This document shows, in pieces, positions 13,781 through 27,690 of a stretch of 64,000 bases of DNA (position 1 is the stretch's first letter; the number at the start of each line of letters is the position of its first letter). Both the position numbers and the translations under genes were made by a program. Origin of the DNA: Camelus dromedarius (taxonomy: Eukaryota); NCBI RefSeq assembly GCF_036321535.1, contig NC_087437.1, positions 26,104,001 to 26,168,000 of the forward strand, given 5' to 3'. Under the pieces are notes generated by a model. The model searched no databases, had not been told where the DNA came from, and saw only the letters and a list, made by a program, of their open reading frames with translations.

Positions 13781-16359
13781 CAAGTTAAGAAAATAAGCCC
13801 CAAGGCAAATACAAGGTATAAATCAATGGCAGCAAATTTTTCAAATCTGTGGGAAATAAAGTTTCCTAGCAAATACAAGTAACTGATATTGGCCCAAGAA
13901 GAAATGAAAAATAAACAATGACCATATAACAGACTGAAAAGATGATTAAAGAACTACTGGAGGTTACTTGGAAAATATTTAACTTCTTGATTTCAGTTTC
14001 TTAATGTGTAAAATGGAAATAATGGAAATTACCTCATAGAAGTTTTGTGAGAGTTGAACAAACACGCTTAACATAATTCTTGGGACAGGATGGGTGCTCA
14101 GCACTGGTTTCCCTGGTCTGCAGAGGTGTTCTAAGCTCTTTTGATGATAGTTTTACTTCTCTTTCCAGATGGGCAACGTAACATTACTTAATTCAGTCAA
14201 CAAACATTGAGTTCCTCCTTTTGAGACTCTTCCCAAGGGGAATCCACGTCCACAGGTTGGGATGGAGTCTTTCTGTGTTTTTCTTTCCTGAGCCTAATTG
14301 TGGAGAGAGAGGAGAAAAAACAACTAAAAGCAGAGAGCAGGAAGCCAAACCCTCAGAAAGGAAAACACCGCCCAGGGAGGTAGGAGGTGTCCAGGGAATA
14401 TCTTAAGCATAGCCAACACACGTCCCCTGGGCAAGCCCTAAGCTAGGATGATCTTATCAATTCTGCACTAAGAAATGCTGTGGTTTCTGAAGTCGAAACC
14501 ATGGAGTTGCAAAGCTGAGCTCTTGGCATCTAAAGCTAAGGGGAAGATTGATGGAATCAGAGCTTTTCACTGGGGATGCCTTCATCCCCACATCACCAGG
14601 GGAAGCCTTTGGGCTGAGGGTGGAGTCTGCTCCCCCTGGGTGGTTTGGGAGTGGTCTCAGAGAAGGTAGCCTCCTGCCAGGTTGGAGGCTTGAGGGAACG
14701 TAGCAGGTCACCTTTCTGCTGGCCCTCTCCCCTCTGTACCTCATGACTGTTTCTCTTGGCCTCCTTCAGGATCTGGGAATGTTCTAGCTTTCAGATAGCT
14801 GCTGGAGCCTCCTGCAGCTCTGACCTGGATAATACAGAATGCCAGGGAGCACGGGTGTGGGTAGCAAGGAGGAGCCAGTGCCAGGCTGTTATCCCAGGGA
14901 GCACAGCTGAATTCCAATATGGCCATTATCTTATCCCCTCTGCTCTCAAATATCTCTCCCCACACTCAGACAAAGGAAAGAAAACATCAGTCAGGTCAGG
15001 CTCAGAAGGATTCTTAAAAATCCTAAGAATCTACCACCAAATAGAAACTTTTCAACAACTTCCATAGATAAGACTTATGTGGAATTTCCTCCAGGTAGAG
15101 ATGCACAGTCTAGGCAAGGTAACTGGTATTGAAATCAAAAAGACCTACCAACCGGGCCCTGCCATGCAGCAACGTTGTTGCCTCAGTCTTCTCATCTCTA
15201 AAATGGGGGTGGTTATATCACCTTCCAGTGGTTATTTTGAGAATGACACAAGATAACAAATATCAAGTGCATGGGACTATCTGTGGCTCATAATAGAGCC
15301 TCAATAAATTTTAGTCTTCCCCTAATCACTGTCATTTCACACACTTCTAATATGCACATGCAAGACAACTCCCTCCTTCCTGCAAATTTTACCCAGTGTC
15401 CCTTACAAAAGCCACACTGAATTTTGGCATGATCTGGTTTGTTCTACAGAGAACAGTTCGAGTCAAGTTTGACTTAAGAAGAGCTGGTTTCAAATCCAAG
15501 ACCTCCTGAAGTAGAGGCCTTTGGCCCAAACTCTTGGCCGTGCTGTCCCCTAAATCCACCACTTTTAATGTATCTTGCCTTCTACTGTAGTTAGTTCCAA
15601 CATGCCTTACTTTTTCAACTAGATTATAATATTCTTTAAGGCAGGAGCTTGTCAAATTTGTCCTTTTACACTTCTTATTGAGGTATAACTCACTACTACA
15701 AACACAAATAATCAAGTGGATGTAATCACCCAAATCAAAATTTTTTAAAAAAAGATATTTAGAACATTCTAGCATGAAAGAATTTCCCCCTGAGCTCCGT
15801 CCCAGTCAAAATAGTGCCGAAGATAACCATTATTCTTATTTCTATAAAATAGATTTTTGCCTATTCTTGAATGTCATAGAAATGCAATTATATTAATGTA
15901 TTAATAATTTATTTCCTTACATGACTTAGTGCTTAGTTATTTGGGTTTGATTAATGTGCTCAGGAAATGTTGAATAAAAGTTTAAGGAAGGTATGAAGGG
16001 CCCTTACCCTTAGTGGTACACATAAATCTGCTTAAACCTAAATCTGTATTTAAATCTGTGACTATATAATGTATATTAGTGATATAGTATATATTGCTAT
16101 ATATTGCATTATTGTCATATATTACTAATATATAATACTCACGTATATCTGTATAGATGTATATATAGATGTTTGTGTATGTATGCACACATGAAAAGCT
16201 ATACAGTCGTTTACCTCTATAGTAGCACTCACTATACTGTATTTTATGAATCTGTTTAATTGCCTTCCCTGGCAATAGCGAGGCCCTCAGTAGCACAATC
16301 ATTCATGTAGCACGTGTTCAATGTTCAGTGAATGTAGAATCAGTGAATAAACCCTTCAC

Positions 16360-16720
16360 TGTTTCCAAGTTCTTATTGTCCATTCTTATACCTTCTTTTA
16401 TGAAGTGTTGCTTTTGTCTTTTTAAATTAGGTTCGTTATCTTCTATTATTGAATCGTAGGAATTCTTTGCATAGCCTAGATGGAAGTCCTTTATCAGGTA
16501 GATGTTTTGCAAATATTTTCTCCCAGCCTATAGCTTGCTTATGTATTTTCTTGAGTGCGTCTTGTTGAGCAGAAATTTGAAATTCTCTAGAAAGCCAACT
16601 TAGCAAATTTTCTCTTGCGATTTTGCTTTCTGTGACGTAAGAAACTTTTGCCTACCCTCAGGTTCTGAAGATATCCTTCTATATTTTCCTCTAAAAGCTT
16701 TATGATTTTAGCCTTCAATT
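16360..16720 (-). mobile_element. Old L1 ORF2 fragment
   Basis: tttgcaaatattttctcccagcctatagcttg; ORF 16318..16512 is a frameshifted ORF2 remnant. Confidence 0.7.
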
Positions 16721-16954
16721 ACCAAAGATAATGTTAAAGATACATGAACAGATACTTTTAAAATTTAGTTGTAATGCTTTTTTGAAAAAGTTTATGGTTT
16801 TCAGTTTATGAAAACTTATACTAGTTTTCCACTTATAGAATCAATATACACGTTTCTTTTTCAAAAAAACTTATTAAAGTAAGAAAAAATTGACTTAAGA
16901 AGGATTTGTGGAACACAAGCTGTCTCCTTGTAGGTGCTAGGTGTTAAAGATAAT

Positions 16955-17430
16955 TTCTGGTTACCTGTTGCTGACCACCCTAAAATGTAGTGTCTTAAAA
17001 CAACAATGTAATATTAACTCTTGTGGTTCCGGGGGTTGACTTGGTCTAGCTGGCTTGTTCTCCTGCAACGGCGGTTAGTGCTGAGTTATCTGAAGGGCTG
17101 TCCAAGACAGCTTCTTCTCTGATTTATCTGGTGTCTCAGTGCTCCTCCACATGACCCCTTTCTCTTATAGAGCAGCCTAGATGTCTCACATGGGGACTTA
17201 AGGTTCCAAGAGAAGGGAAGCAGAAACTGCAAATGATCTTAAAGCCTGAGCCTAGAAATGCCCCAGAATGTCTTCTGCCATATTATGATGACAAAGCAAC
17301 TATAAGCCATGCCCAAATTCTAGGAAGAAGGACAGACTCTACCTGTCAGTGAGGGGGCGGCACGTATGCACATGAAGGAAGGAACTGATTGATGGTGGAC
17401 ATCTTTACTTTAAGACAAGCTACCGCCAAT
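16955..17430 (-). mobile_element. MLT1-type LTR, degenerate
   Basis: accaccctaaaatgtagtgtcttaaaacaac...cttctgccatatt motifs. Confidence 0.6.
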
Positions 17431-19490
17431 GGTTACAACACATGAGTTCTGTGTGGACATAAACACAAGATACCTACTCGTATAATTTTTTTGAGCTGAT
17501 AGCTTTTCACCCAAGCATGCGATGAGCACTGTTCACCACATGCCTCAAACTTTTGAGTTCCTACCACTGAAATGATCCCACAATGAGGGACAAATTTAGT
17601 GACTGTATCAGATGATGACATTTTCCTGTTGGCTGAGATGGCTTCATCCCCTTGGATGGATCCCCTTGGAACGCTTTACCCACAAATTTCACCCTCCACA
17701 TGAGTGAGCACGTCACTGTGTAACTCATTGTTCTGTCTTCAGAGAGTAGAAACCAAGGATTCTGATCAGTCAGACCAGCAACCAGTTCTTGCTTCCACTT
17801 CCTGTTGATGCTTTATAGCATTTCCTTCTATTTTCCCCCAAATCATGGCTTCCAGTGAATTCCAGTTACTCAGGTAATTCTTCCAACTGGAAGTCACATG
17901 CTTTAATAGCTCCTTGTGCTTCAAAGCACTTACCTTAGTGTGTTAACTATATTTGTGAGACTGTTGGATTGAGTTCTGCCTTCCTCACTAGACTCTAAAC
18001 TCTCTATAACCAGGTACCATACAGCTCCAGCATACAAGTCTGTATCTAGTATGCACTAGGCGTTCAATAATATTCTTTGAATGAACTATTTAAGACTGAA
18101 AGAAGATCAACCCCAATAAAATGGAAAAAAAATTTAGAAGTTTATTTCAAAAACATAGTGTTTGATTTTCAGGTGTCAGACCTCAGAAATCTTGATACCC
18201 AACTTATGAAAAGTGAAACTTGTTGGATTCTGTGACTCAAGCAGTACAAACGAAGTAATCTTTAAGAACCACTCCATAGCATCAGATATGACCTCAGGCA
18301 CACTGAGCTCTCCTAAAGGAATATATCCAAGTTTCAACTCCCACATACATTTCCAGACCCTCTTGCTGTTTTCCTCCACTTCACATTCCTTTCCAGTTGC
18401 CTCATACCTGGTAACCCAACCTCAGCTGATGGACATTCCAGTTATAACATCCCTTTGGCTTGAAATCCCCCTGAACTCCCTGACCCCATCGGACAATATC
18501 TTTCAAAGACCTGCCCTGTCTCACGTACCTGCATCCACACATAACTCCGGAATCCTTGATTAAATTCCAATATTCTAATTCTCAGTGTATTCAGACACAG
18601 CCCCATTCTGCTTTGGGATTCCCCAAACAGCAAACACAGATGAGCAGTTGGACTCCAGAAGTCTTTTTATTATTGGAAAATTTAAACGTAAAGAAAATAC
18701 TATATTAAACTGATATATTCATCACCCAGCTTTAATTATTATCCACTCGTGACCAGAATTTTTCCATCCACACCCCCACCTACTCCCCCTCTCCCCTGGA
18801 GGGTTTCAGTATCCATCTCCAAAAGATAAGTACTTTAAAAACACAACGAAAATATATTATCATACCTAAAAATACCCGGAGCCCTCTAAATGTCAGTGAC
18901 TACTAATTTTCAGTCTGAAAGATACTGACACACCACCATTCCACAAAGTTAACCCTTCTCTACTGCTGCCCTCCCCAAATACTCCACAAGTAAGCACACA
19001 CAGGTACTCTCTAAGGTACAGAAAGATGCGCATTTCTGAAAACATCCGTGATTGTCCCACGTGAGACATGGTACTAACGGACTATATATCTTCCTTCCTT
19101 CTAACTTTTTATCACGGGAAAATTCAAACATATATAAAAGTCAAGAGAACAGGAAAACGACCCCCTCATGCAGCCAGCACCAGCTTCCCAGCCACCAAAT
19201 TCCCAGCACTGGACCATGCTGCTGTGTCTCTAAACCCACCCACGCCCATGGCTATTTTGAAGCAAATCCCCAGACATTATTTTGTTTCCTCTGCCACTCC
19301 TTAAGGGAAAACATAAAAAAAGAAAAAGGACAATTTTAAAATTTATAGCCTCACAATGTCACATTTTCTCAAACATTTAAGGACATTTAAGGACAAAGAG
19401 ACTTCATTTAATAGTGTGACTGGAAATGGACAACAGTTACATCAGAAGTGGTTTTAAGAGGGTATTTTTCGCATTTAAAAATAGTCAGGT

Positions 19491-19647
19491 GGGGAGTGTA
19501 TAGCTTAGTGGTAAAGTGTGTGCTCAGCATGCACAAGGTCCAGGTTTCAATCCCCAGTACCTCCACTAAAAAAAAAAAAAAAAAAAAAAAAAAACTTAAA
19601 AAAATGAATAAATAAACCTAATTGCCTCCCCATCACCAAAATAAAAA
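19491..19647 (+). mobile_element. Vic-1-like SINE
   Basis: ggggagtgtatagcttagtggtaaagtgtgtgctcagcatgcacaaggtcc...tcaatccccagtacctcc, then long A tract and aataaacctaattg. Confidence 0.88.
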
Positions 19648-19904
19648 GTCTCCTGCAGCCATTGGTCAACTCTAATTGAAGCAATTCATAGGGACGGACG
19701 TGGGGCTCAAAGAGAATGTATGAGCCACAGGACAGAGGGAGGTTCAGTTCCGGCCGCAGTCAGCCACAGTCTGCTTTGCGACTTGGACCTCTGCATTTGG
19801 AAGGCTGAGTGTCTGGGTCTGCAGGGTCATTTCTGGCCTCCCCAACATTGTGGGTGATCAGTGACTATGACGACGCTGATTCCACATAGGTTTATATTGC
19901 AAGC

Positions 19905-20073
19905 AGAGTTGCCAGATCTAGTAAATAAAAATACTGTATTTTTACTGTATGCTCAGTTAAAGTGTAAGTTTGGATTAACAACGAGTAATTGCATGAGACA
20001 TACTTATACTAAAAAATATATTGTTTATCTTAAACTGATTTAACTGGGCATCCTATATTTTATCTGGCAACCT
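19905..20073. mobile_element. MER53-like palindromic MITE
   Basis: Terminal inverted repeats gttgccagat (19908-19917) and atctggcaac (20062-20071); internal gacatacttatactaaaaaa. Confidence 0.8.
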
Positions 20074-20089
20074 TATTTATAAGGCATGT

Positions 20090-20530
20090 GTTCCAGTAAC
20101 TCTAGTTGCATATTAAAACTTAGCGGCTTAAAACGACAATAATCATTTATTATATCTCATACTTCCTATGGGTCAAGAATTCAGACAGAGCACAGGGAGA
20201 CAGTTTCTGCGATTTCTGCTTCGTGATGACTGGGGCCTCCACTGGAAGATGGTAGATGCATGTGTCTGGCAGCTGAAGCTGGCTGTCAGCACTGCACAGA
20301 GCTGTTGGCTGGAGCATTCACATGTGGGCTTCCTAACAACATAGTAGCTGGTTTCTAAGGGCAGGAGTCCTTAGAGAGAGAACCAGGCAGGGGTCATATT
20401 GCCTTTTATGATATAACTTCTGTGTCACTTTTACCCAGTTTCAAAGGGAAGGAACATAGACCTGATCTATCTTTGTCACATTGTGAGAAGAATGTGCGGG
20501 ATGGGATATATATTGATACAGTCATCTTTA
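20090..20530 (-). mobile_element. MLT1-type LTR
   Basis: aaaacttagcggcttaaaacgacaataatcatttatta...gggtcaagaattcag. Confidence 0.7.
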
Positions 20531-21044
20531 GAAAGTACACTCTGTCACAGCATGTCATGTCATTTAGATGTCTTGTATCTGACTATTGACTTTCAAATAT
20601 AGATAAACTTTCCAGGCATAACTTGGAATGAAGAATCTCCTTATGTGCCCTTTTCATCAGCATTCTATTGAAACAGCTAAAATGTAAATGTATATATTTA
20701 CATTCGTAAGGGGAAAATGTCAAAATAGTTCATTATGATTGTGAAAGCTGTTTATTTTATATAAAACAACAATGAAAAACTACTAAATAGATCAATAGGG
20801 AAATCAGTTGACAATTCGTGCAATAACTCTAACCTTTGTAGAACAAGCTGGTATTTGAACTTTTGTAAAATTAAATAAAATAAACTTTCAAAATTGTATT
20901 TCATTTTTGGGTACTTAAATTCCATTCAGGCCATGCATCTTTCAAGGAAAAGTCCTATGTAAAAATTCTTTACATATTAAAAGCATAAAGGAGTATGAAT
21001 TAAAAGCATAAAGATAACTTTAACCACTTTAAAATGTTATGGGA

Positions 21045-21633
21045 AGGAGAATATCTAAAAACCATGCCACATCTGTCATAAATTATCTTTGATCTACACA
21101 GAATAATGCTATGATTCCATATCTAGGCTATTGTGAACATATCTACAGTGGAATATTATTCAGCCATTTAAAAGGAACTCCTGCCATTTGCAACAGGATC
21201 AATGAATCTGGAGGGCATTATGCTAAGTGAAATAAGCCAGAGACAGAAAGAAAAAATGCTGCATGATTTCATTTATATGTGAAATCTAAAAAGTTGAATA
21301 CATAGAAACAGAGGGTAGAGTGGTGGTTACCAGGAGCTGGGTAGGTGGGGGAAATAAGGAGATTTTGGTCAAAGGGTACAAAGTTATAGTTAAGGAGGAT
21401 GAACAGAGATGTACAATATGATAACTATAGTTAATAAAACTGTATTGAATACTAGAAATTTCCTAAGAGAGTAGATTTCAGGTACCCTTATGACCAAAAA
21501 AAAAAAAATGGTAACTATATGAGGACATGACATGTTAATTAGCTTGACTGTAGTAATTTTTCCACTATGTATATGTATATCAAATCATCATGTTTTACAC
21601 TTTAAACATATTTAATTTGTACTTTAAAAAAAG
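21045..21633 (+). mobile_element. L1MA/MB-type 3' end
   Basis: gagggcattatgctaagtgaaataagccag...ttaattagcttgactgtagtaat; aaatgttatg at 21032-21041 and 21634-21643 (candidate TSD). Confidence 0.8.
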
Positions 21634-22774
21634 AAATGTTATGAAGAAAAAAGAAAATATGAGATAACAGTGAGGTATCCCCAAACATCTTGTTTCTCTA
21701 CCAGCTTCAGTTAAACTGAGAATCTATTTAGCATAGTAGATAGTATCCACCCACAGACAGTGCTGAATAATTTATTGATCTCATGCTAGTCATACTTCTA
21801 ACAAAAGTTCAAATAATAAAATTTCAGTGATAATTAAGTTTATTGGCAAAGTTTCAGGTTTATTTTTGTATTCCTGATGTTTACCCTATGAGGCTAATAG
21901 TTGATTTCAGCCTTAATTTCAGATGGATATTGATTTTAACATTTGGTTGTTCTACATTGGGTCAACGCAGTATCCACAGCTGCCGGAGGCAATGTAACAT
22001 ATATCATTGACAGAACTTCAGGTTCTAATTCCAAGGTTCATACACAGGTTCTGTTTGCCTACATATTGCTTTTGGAAATTTTTATTTGGTTTCCAGTCAT
22101 TCTCAAATTAGAATATTTTGCATTTCAACTTCCTTTGAAAGATCTGGAGGTGTACCAGCCAGGGCCCACACTACTTCATGGTCGCCAGAGGTTAAAATTC
22201 TCATATTGATTGAAGTGATGACCCTAATTAGTGGTCTCAGTTTGACTTTGCATATCTATTTCACCATCTCTTGAATATATATATATTTCTTCAGCTTACT
22301 TTTACCTAGGGTTGCAGGGCAGGGGCAGGGGCTGTGTGTGAAGGAGAAGGAAGCGAAGTGAGTAGGAAGCTTGGTCATGTGGTTTAGAGCCAGGAGCTGG
22401 GGTTACGTGCTGACAGATGTCCCAGGATGGACACTCTGTTTCCCCCCGCAGGGCAGTAGCCAGAGCCCTAGTCTAAGGGTCAGAGGATGTTTACTTTAAT
22501 TCTGGTTCTGTTGCTTGCTGACTGTGTGAAATTTGGCAAAATCTTTTTAACCTTTCCAGCCTCAGTTCCTCATCTTTAAAAAAAAAAAATGGCTATAATA
22601 ATACCTGACTGGCCACCTCACCAGCAGGATCAAGTGAGATGATGATATGAATGCATATTGAGGACTGAAAAATAGTCCCCTGCATACACCTGCATGGGAC
22701 GGTGTGATGCTAGAAACTGGTGCCTTGGCTGATCACACCCTGGTTTTGTGTGGACTGTTCAGAATGTCTGATAA

Positions 22775-23289
22775 CTGGATAAAGTTGTGAGATATATAGA
22801 CATATATAGATACACACACACACAATGGAATACTACTCAGCATAAAAAAAGAATAAAATAATGCTATTTGCAGCAACATGGATGGACCTGGAGATCATCA
22901 TTCTAAGTGAAGTGAATCAGAAAGAGAAAGAAAAATACCATATGATTACACTTACATGTGCAATCTGAAAGAAAGACACAAATGAACTTATTTACAAAAC
23001 AGAAACAGACTTACAGACATAGAAAACAAGCATATGGTTACTGGAGGGGAAGCGGGTGGGAAGGGATAAATTGGGAGTTTGAGATTTGCAGATAGTGACT
23101 ACCAATAAAATAGATATAGAAGTTTCTACTGTATAGCACAGGAAACTCTATTCAGTATCTTGTAGTAACCAATAATGAAAAAAGAATATGAAAAGGAATA
23201 TATGTATATATATGTATGACTGAAACTTTATGCTGTACACCAGAAATTGACACAACATTGTAAACTGACTATACTTCAGTAAAATTGAA

Positions 23290-23328
<39 letters not shown>

Positions 23329-23338
23329 ATATTTTTAA
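22775..23338 (+). mobile_element. Young 5'-truncated LINE-1 with (TAAA)n tail
   Basis: Same family as 920-1355; perfect 12-bp TSD aatgtctgataa (22763-22774, 23339-23350). Confidence 0.92.
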
Positions 23339-25799
23339 AATGTCTGATAAAACTTAAGAAGTTCAGCTAATTTAAAAAAAAAAGTCACTGTTGGATCTAC
23401 ATGATGCCAAATACCTGGATTTTATTTTATAAAATAAATAAACAAATAAAAGGGTAGGAAATCAGTGAATCAAGTTATTTTCTACTCCTCTGGAAAAAAA
23501 CTGTTACTTGCTTTGACTCTGTCAAAGAGAGGCAGACTTAGGTTTGGCTGGAACACCCGTTTTTCAAAAACATTATGTATCTGACATAATTATAGATATT
23601 CTGAATGAGAAAAGGGGAAGAGAAAAACAGGAAAGGGAGCTACCATGTGGTTGACTCCCACTAAGTGTGATCCCCCGAGAGCAAGGTTGTTCACAGTCAA
23701 ATCCCTACGGCTAGAACAGGGCTGACCATCTCGTCTACTGAACACAATGATGAATGAGCAGCTACTCTGTGCCGTGTCCTCTGCCCACCTCATCTCCTCT
23801 GACCCTTGATAGCCAGTTATTCCACTTCATAGATGAAGTGACGTAAGCTCTGAGAGGTTAAGCAATTTCTCAAGGGCCACAGTTATTAAGTAGTAAAGCC
23901 AGAACTTCTCCTCAAGGACTCTTTTCATTATATCAGCAAGGTTCCTAAAAAGAACTGATGGCAAGCCTGCCTCAAAGACACACACATCTCCATTATCCTG
24001 AGAAGGTACCTCCATGTGGGATGATAGCTTCACAAGAACAAAGCATAAAATTCAGAGAATAAATTCCCCCTCCCTCCCCTTAAACCTCCCCCCAACCCAC
24101 CTTGCTAGTTACGGGCAGTCTTGAGTAGTTCTCAATTCAACTGTGAACAAGTGATGAATGGATACCCTTAACTGTTAACTTGAATTGAAAAATGCATTCT
24201 AAATTACACAGGAACCTCAAGAGCATGGAAATCCCAGCCTTGGAAACTTTGGTAATGAGCTGTATGGTTATTCCAAGAGGGTATCAAAACTATGGGTTCA
24301 AGAAGTAAATAAATAATCCTATCTTGCGTTTCCACCAGTCAGGTTTTATAGTTATGTGGAGGTGGCAGTCATTATTGTCATCATCACCATTATCAGTTAA
24401 TATTTTATGGTGTTTCCATTCGGTGAAGGTACTGTACCAGGTAGAGTCAAGGACTTTATCTTTCTAGAAGAGACAGTCACTGACTTTAAGGAGTGTTCCA
24501 CCTCCTTTTCTGGATCAGAGGTTAAGATAAAAGATTTAGATGTGGTGATAAGTTTGGAAAGTCCATGTAGCCCTGAAAGTCCCAGGAAGGGAGAAAGCTG
24601 CAGATTGTTAACTTCCAAAGTCCTTGTGCAGACAGCCAGTGGGACTCCAGCTGCTCAGCAGGGAGAATGGAAAGCTGCAGAGGTCGAAGATGAGTAAGAC
24701 CTGAGAAACGGCCAGTGGATTCAGTCATGCAGAATGTTGCTGATGAACTTTGTCTAGTGAGCCCAGGGCAGGAACAAATCAGAGGGGACCAGAAATTGAA
24801 GAGATGGGCTCAATCACAAAAGGAAACCAAGAAGTAGGGTGGTCACTGAGGGAAGGAGCAGGGCCGAGGGAAGATGTTCCCAAGAAAAAAATCCAGAAGT
24901 GGCAAATTTTGATAATGACTGAAGTTAGTGAGTAAGTAAAGGGAAGTTCATTATATAATTTGCAGATTGTGCTGAAGTGTAGTTGATTTACAATGTTATG
25001 TTAGTTGCAGTACAACATAGTATGGTTATGCTCCATTAAAAGTTATTACAAAATATTGGTTATACTTGGTAGATTTTTTTTAACTTCCTTAATGAAAATT
25101 GAGGGAAAGAAAGGTAAGTACCTCACCTCTGAAAAGAGGGTGGAGAAACGAGTAAAGGGAGAACACTAAATGCACATGGAAGAATGACAATGGTAGATGG
25201 TACAGTCTCAGAGGTGGTGCATGGAAGGGGAAACAAGAGCTCAGGTGAGGGAATTAAGCTTCTGATGGGAAAGATAATAAAAATCAATGAAAATAACGAT
25301 AAAATCTAGGTTGAAGAGGAAGTATGGTATAAAAAAAATATTATGAAGTTGCAAGGAAGATGAACAAAGGAACTTGGGCTTCTGTTTCCAGAAAGTGGGA
25401 GGAGAGATGGTAAGAAGCAAAGGAGGTGGGCCAGTGGAGGGAGGGCTCCAGGAACGTGGGAAGGGTTGTAATAACAGTCGTGGAATGCAGTGGGGAATGA
25501 GTGAGAACCAGGGGGATGACAGACTGCTGAGTAGTAGGGCCCTTCTAGTGGACGTCAGCACGAAGTTTTAATGGGCCCAGCCTGTGAGGACTCCTTTCTT
25601 CAAACATGCGGAAATCAGCAAGCCAGGCTGATGAGAGTTCTCTTGCAATCTCAGAACCTTCCAAAATCCTCAAGTTGGCAGTAACTATCTCAAGAACAAA
25701 GTTTGCTAGAGCAAGGAGCAACGGTCAAGAACACCCCAAAAAGGGCAGATCCACTGGGAAGTCAGAGTGGGTGTCCATTTGGCCCAAAATAAATATAGT

Positions 25800-25988
25800 A
25801 ATCACTGTGGACAAATTCACAGCATGGTCCTAGGGCCACAGGTACATCATATGACATGACCACCAGCATCACCCAGAAGCTTGTTAGAGATGCAAAATCT
25901 CAAGTCCCACCCCAGAGCTTCTAAGTCAGAACCTGCATTTTAACAAGATCGCGGACGAGTTGTGCACACTGACGTTTGAGAATCCTGG
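25800..25988. mobile_element. MER5A-like DNA transposon
   Basis: cagcatcacccagaagcttgttagagatgcaaaatctc...ctgcattttaacaagatc...tttgagaa. Confidence 0.7.
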
Positions 25989-27690
25989 TATAAAACTTTG
26001 CTAAAACCTTTGAGATACAAGTAGGTAATCAAAGTAATGCTAATCTCAGTTAAAAAAACAAAAACAAAAACTGGGCCTCTCCAATGTGCCTCAGGCTGTA
26101 CTGGGGACTTGGAAAACCACCAGAGACCTCCAGGATGTGTCATTGTCCACCCTCTAAGTTTAATCACCAAAGCTACTACTGGGAGGTTTTATCTTGTTGT
26201 TTTGGGGTTTTTGCAATTGTAGTTGTCTCCAAAGGAAAGCAGTTAATTTTAACTTTGACTTTCTGTGATTTGGAGCTGGTCATTCCATTTCAAGTGAGTG
26301 ATGTTTATCATTCAACTCTGGCTTCTGGACTCCACCACTAGCTGTGGAAGGACAGCCCAAGTTAGCCACATAGTAAGTACATATCACACCAGCTGCCTAC
26401 ATCAAAACCTGCCTTTTAAAACTTGGTTTTAATATTTTCACCACCCCAGAATTTAGTCTTACCCATAATTTTTGCTCAGAACGTTTGCAACTGGGAATCA
26501 GTCTTTAAAGTCCGTGTCTTTGGGCAGTGGGACGGCAAGAGCCCTCCCATGTCCCCCAGCACTGCTTTTTTTTTTAAATTAAGACAAGCAGTGTGTGGAC
26601 TTCGGTTCCAACACTCGCGTGGTCTTCTGCAAGCTCCTTACCCCTCTTAGCCCCAGTTTCCTCCCATATGGGAAAGAGTGAATTACTGTCCCCACCTCAG
26701 AGGGAAGTTGTCAAGATTAAATAATGTTGTTTAATAATAACAAGAGTTAATAATGAAAAATATTAAAGCCATGTCTTGCATGTAACAAGTACACAATAAA
26801 TGCTGACTATATAATTTTATTAAAAATTTTTTCTCCACAATGAACAAAGTTTCAAAGGTACATTACTTTTTTTGAGAAGCCTCCATCTTATTTTCAAAAT
26901 TTCACTTGCTTTCTTTTTGTTTTTGCTATTGTTTTCTAACACATTTGTGAATTTTTTGAAACCAAATATGACTCGGGAAATATGTGCCAAAGGCACAGAG
27001 CAGAAGAATAATACATGTAATTTCACAAAGTCAGATTTATAAACAAAAAAAAATAAAGACAATGTTCAAATTTCTTGGCCTTTTACAACCATAAAATGGA
27101 TTTCTAAACTTAGTCTGCTTAATTTAATTTTAAAAAGAAGATGAGAAGCCTCAATTAGTGACATTTCTTCACTTTGCAGAAAGTGTGCGGGGACCGAGTT
27201 TCCGTTGAAAGCTACCTCTTCACCTATAACCATAGCGACATGAAAGAATGCTACAACGGATCGATATTTGGGCAGATCTCTCAGGAGAGATTCGCTGGCC
27301 AGGGTTCATGCCTCTCTGAGGGGTCAAGCTGTGCCCTTTTGTACTGGGACCTGTGTCAGAGAGGGTCACCCAGCACCCCCTTTGAGTCAGGAGGCAGTGT
27401 GTGTATTCAATTGCTCATTCTGATTTGGAGATACTGACTTTTAGTTATTGGTGGTGCCTGCAAAACCCCCAAGTCCAAATCCTAATCAAGCTGTGTCCAC
27501 CCATTTATTAGAGGGATTTATGCAGATTATTCAGCCTGTAGCTGAGAATCACTCTTGATGTGAAGCTAAATGCATGCAGGCAGCCCTCCCTGTGTTGATG
27601 GAAGCACAGCGTACTGGGGATTACAGTGTGGTGGTTCAGAGAACCATCACTGGAGACAGACCCCCTGGGTTCATATCTTACCTCAACCAC

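Noticed and set aside
19491..19565. tRNA-Ala-like sequences (also at 4143, 6440, 37585, 51141)
   Set aside because: Degenerate stems with A-rich tails and TSDs mark them as SINE heads, not tRNA genes
20977..21013. Short direct repeat attaaaagcataaag x2 (similarly acatttaagg x2 near 19373)
   Set aside because: Ordinary slippage-type micro-duplications in AT-rich DNA with no further structure
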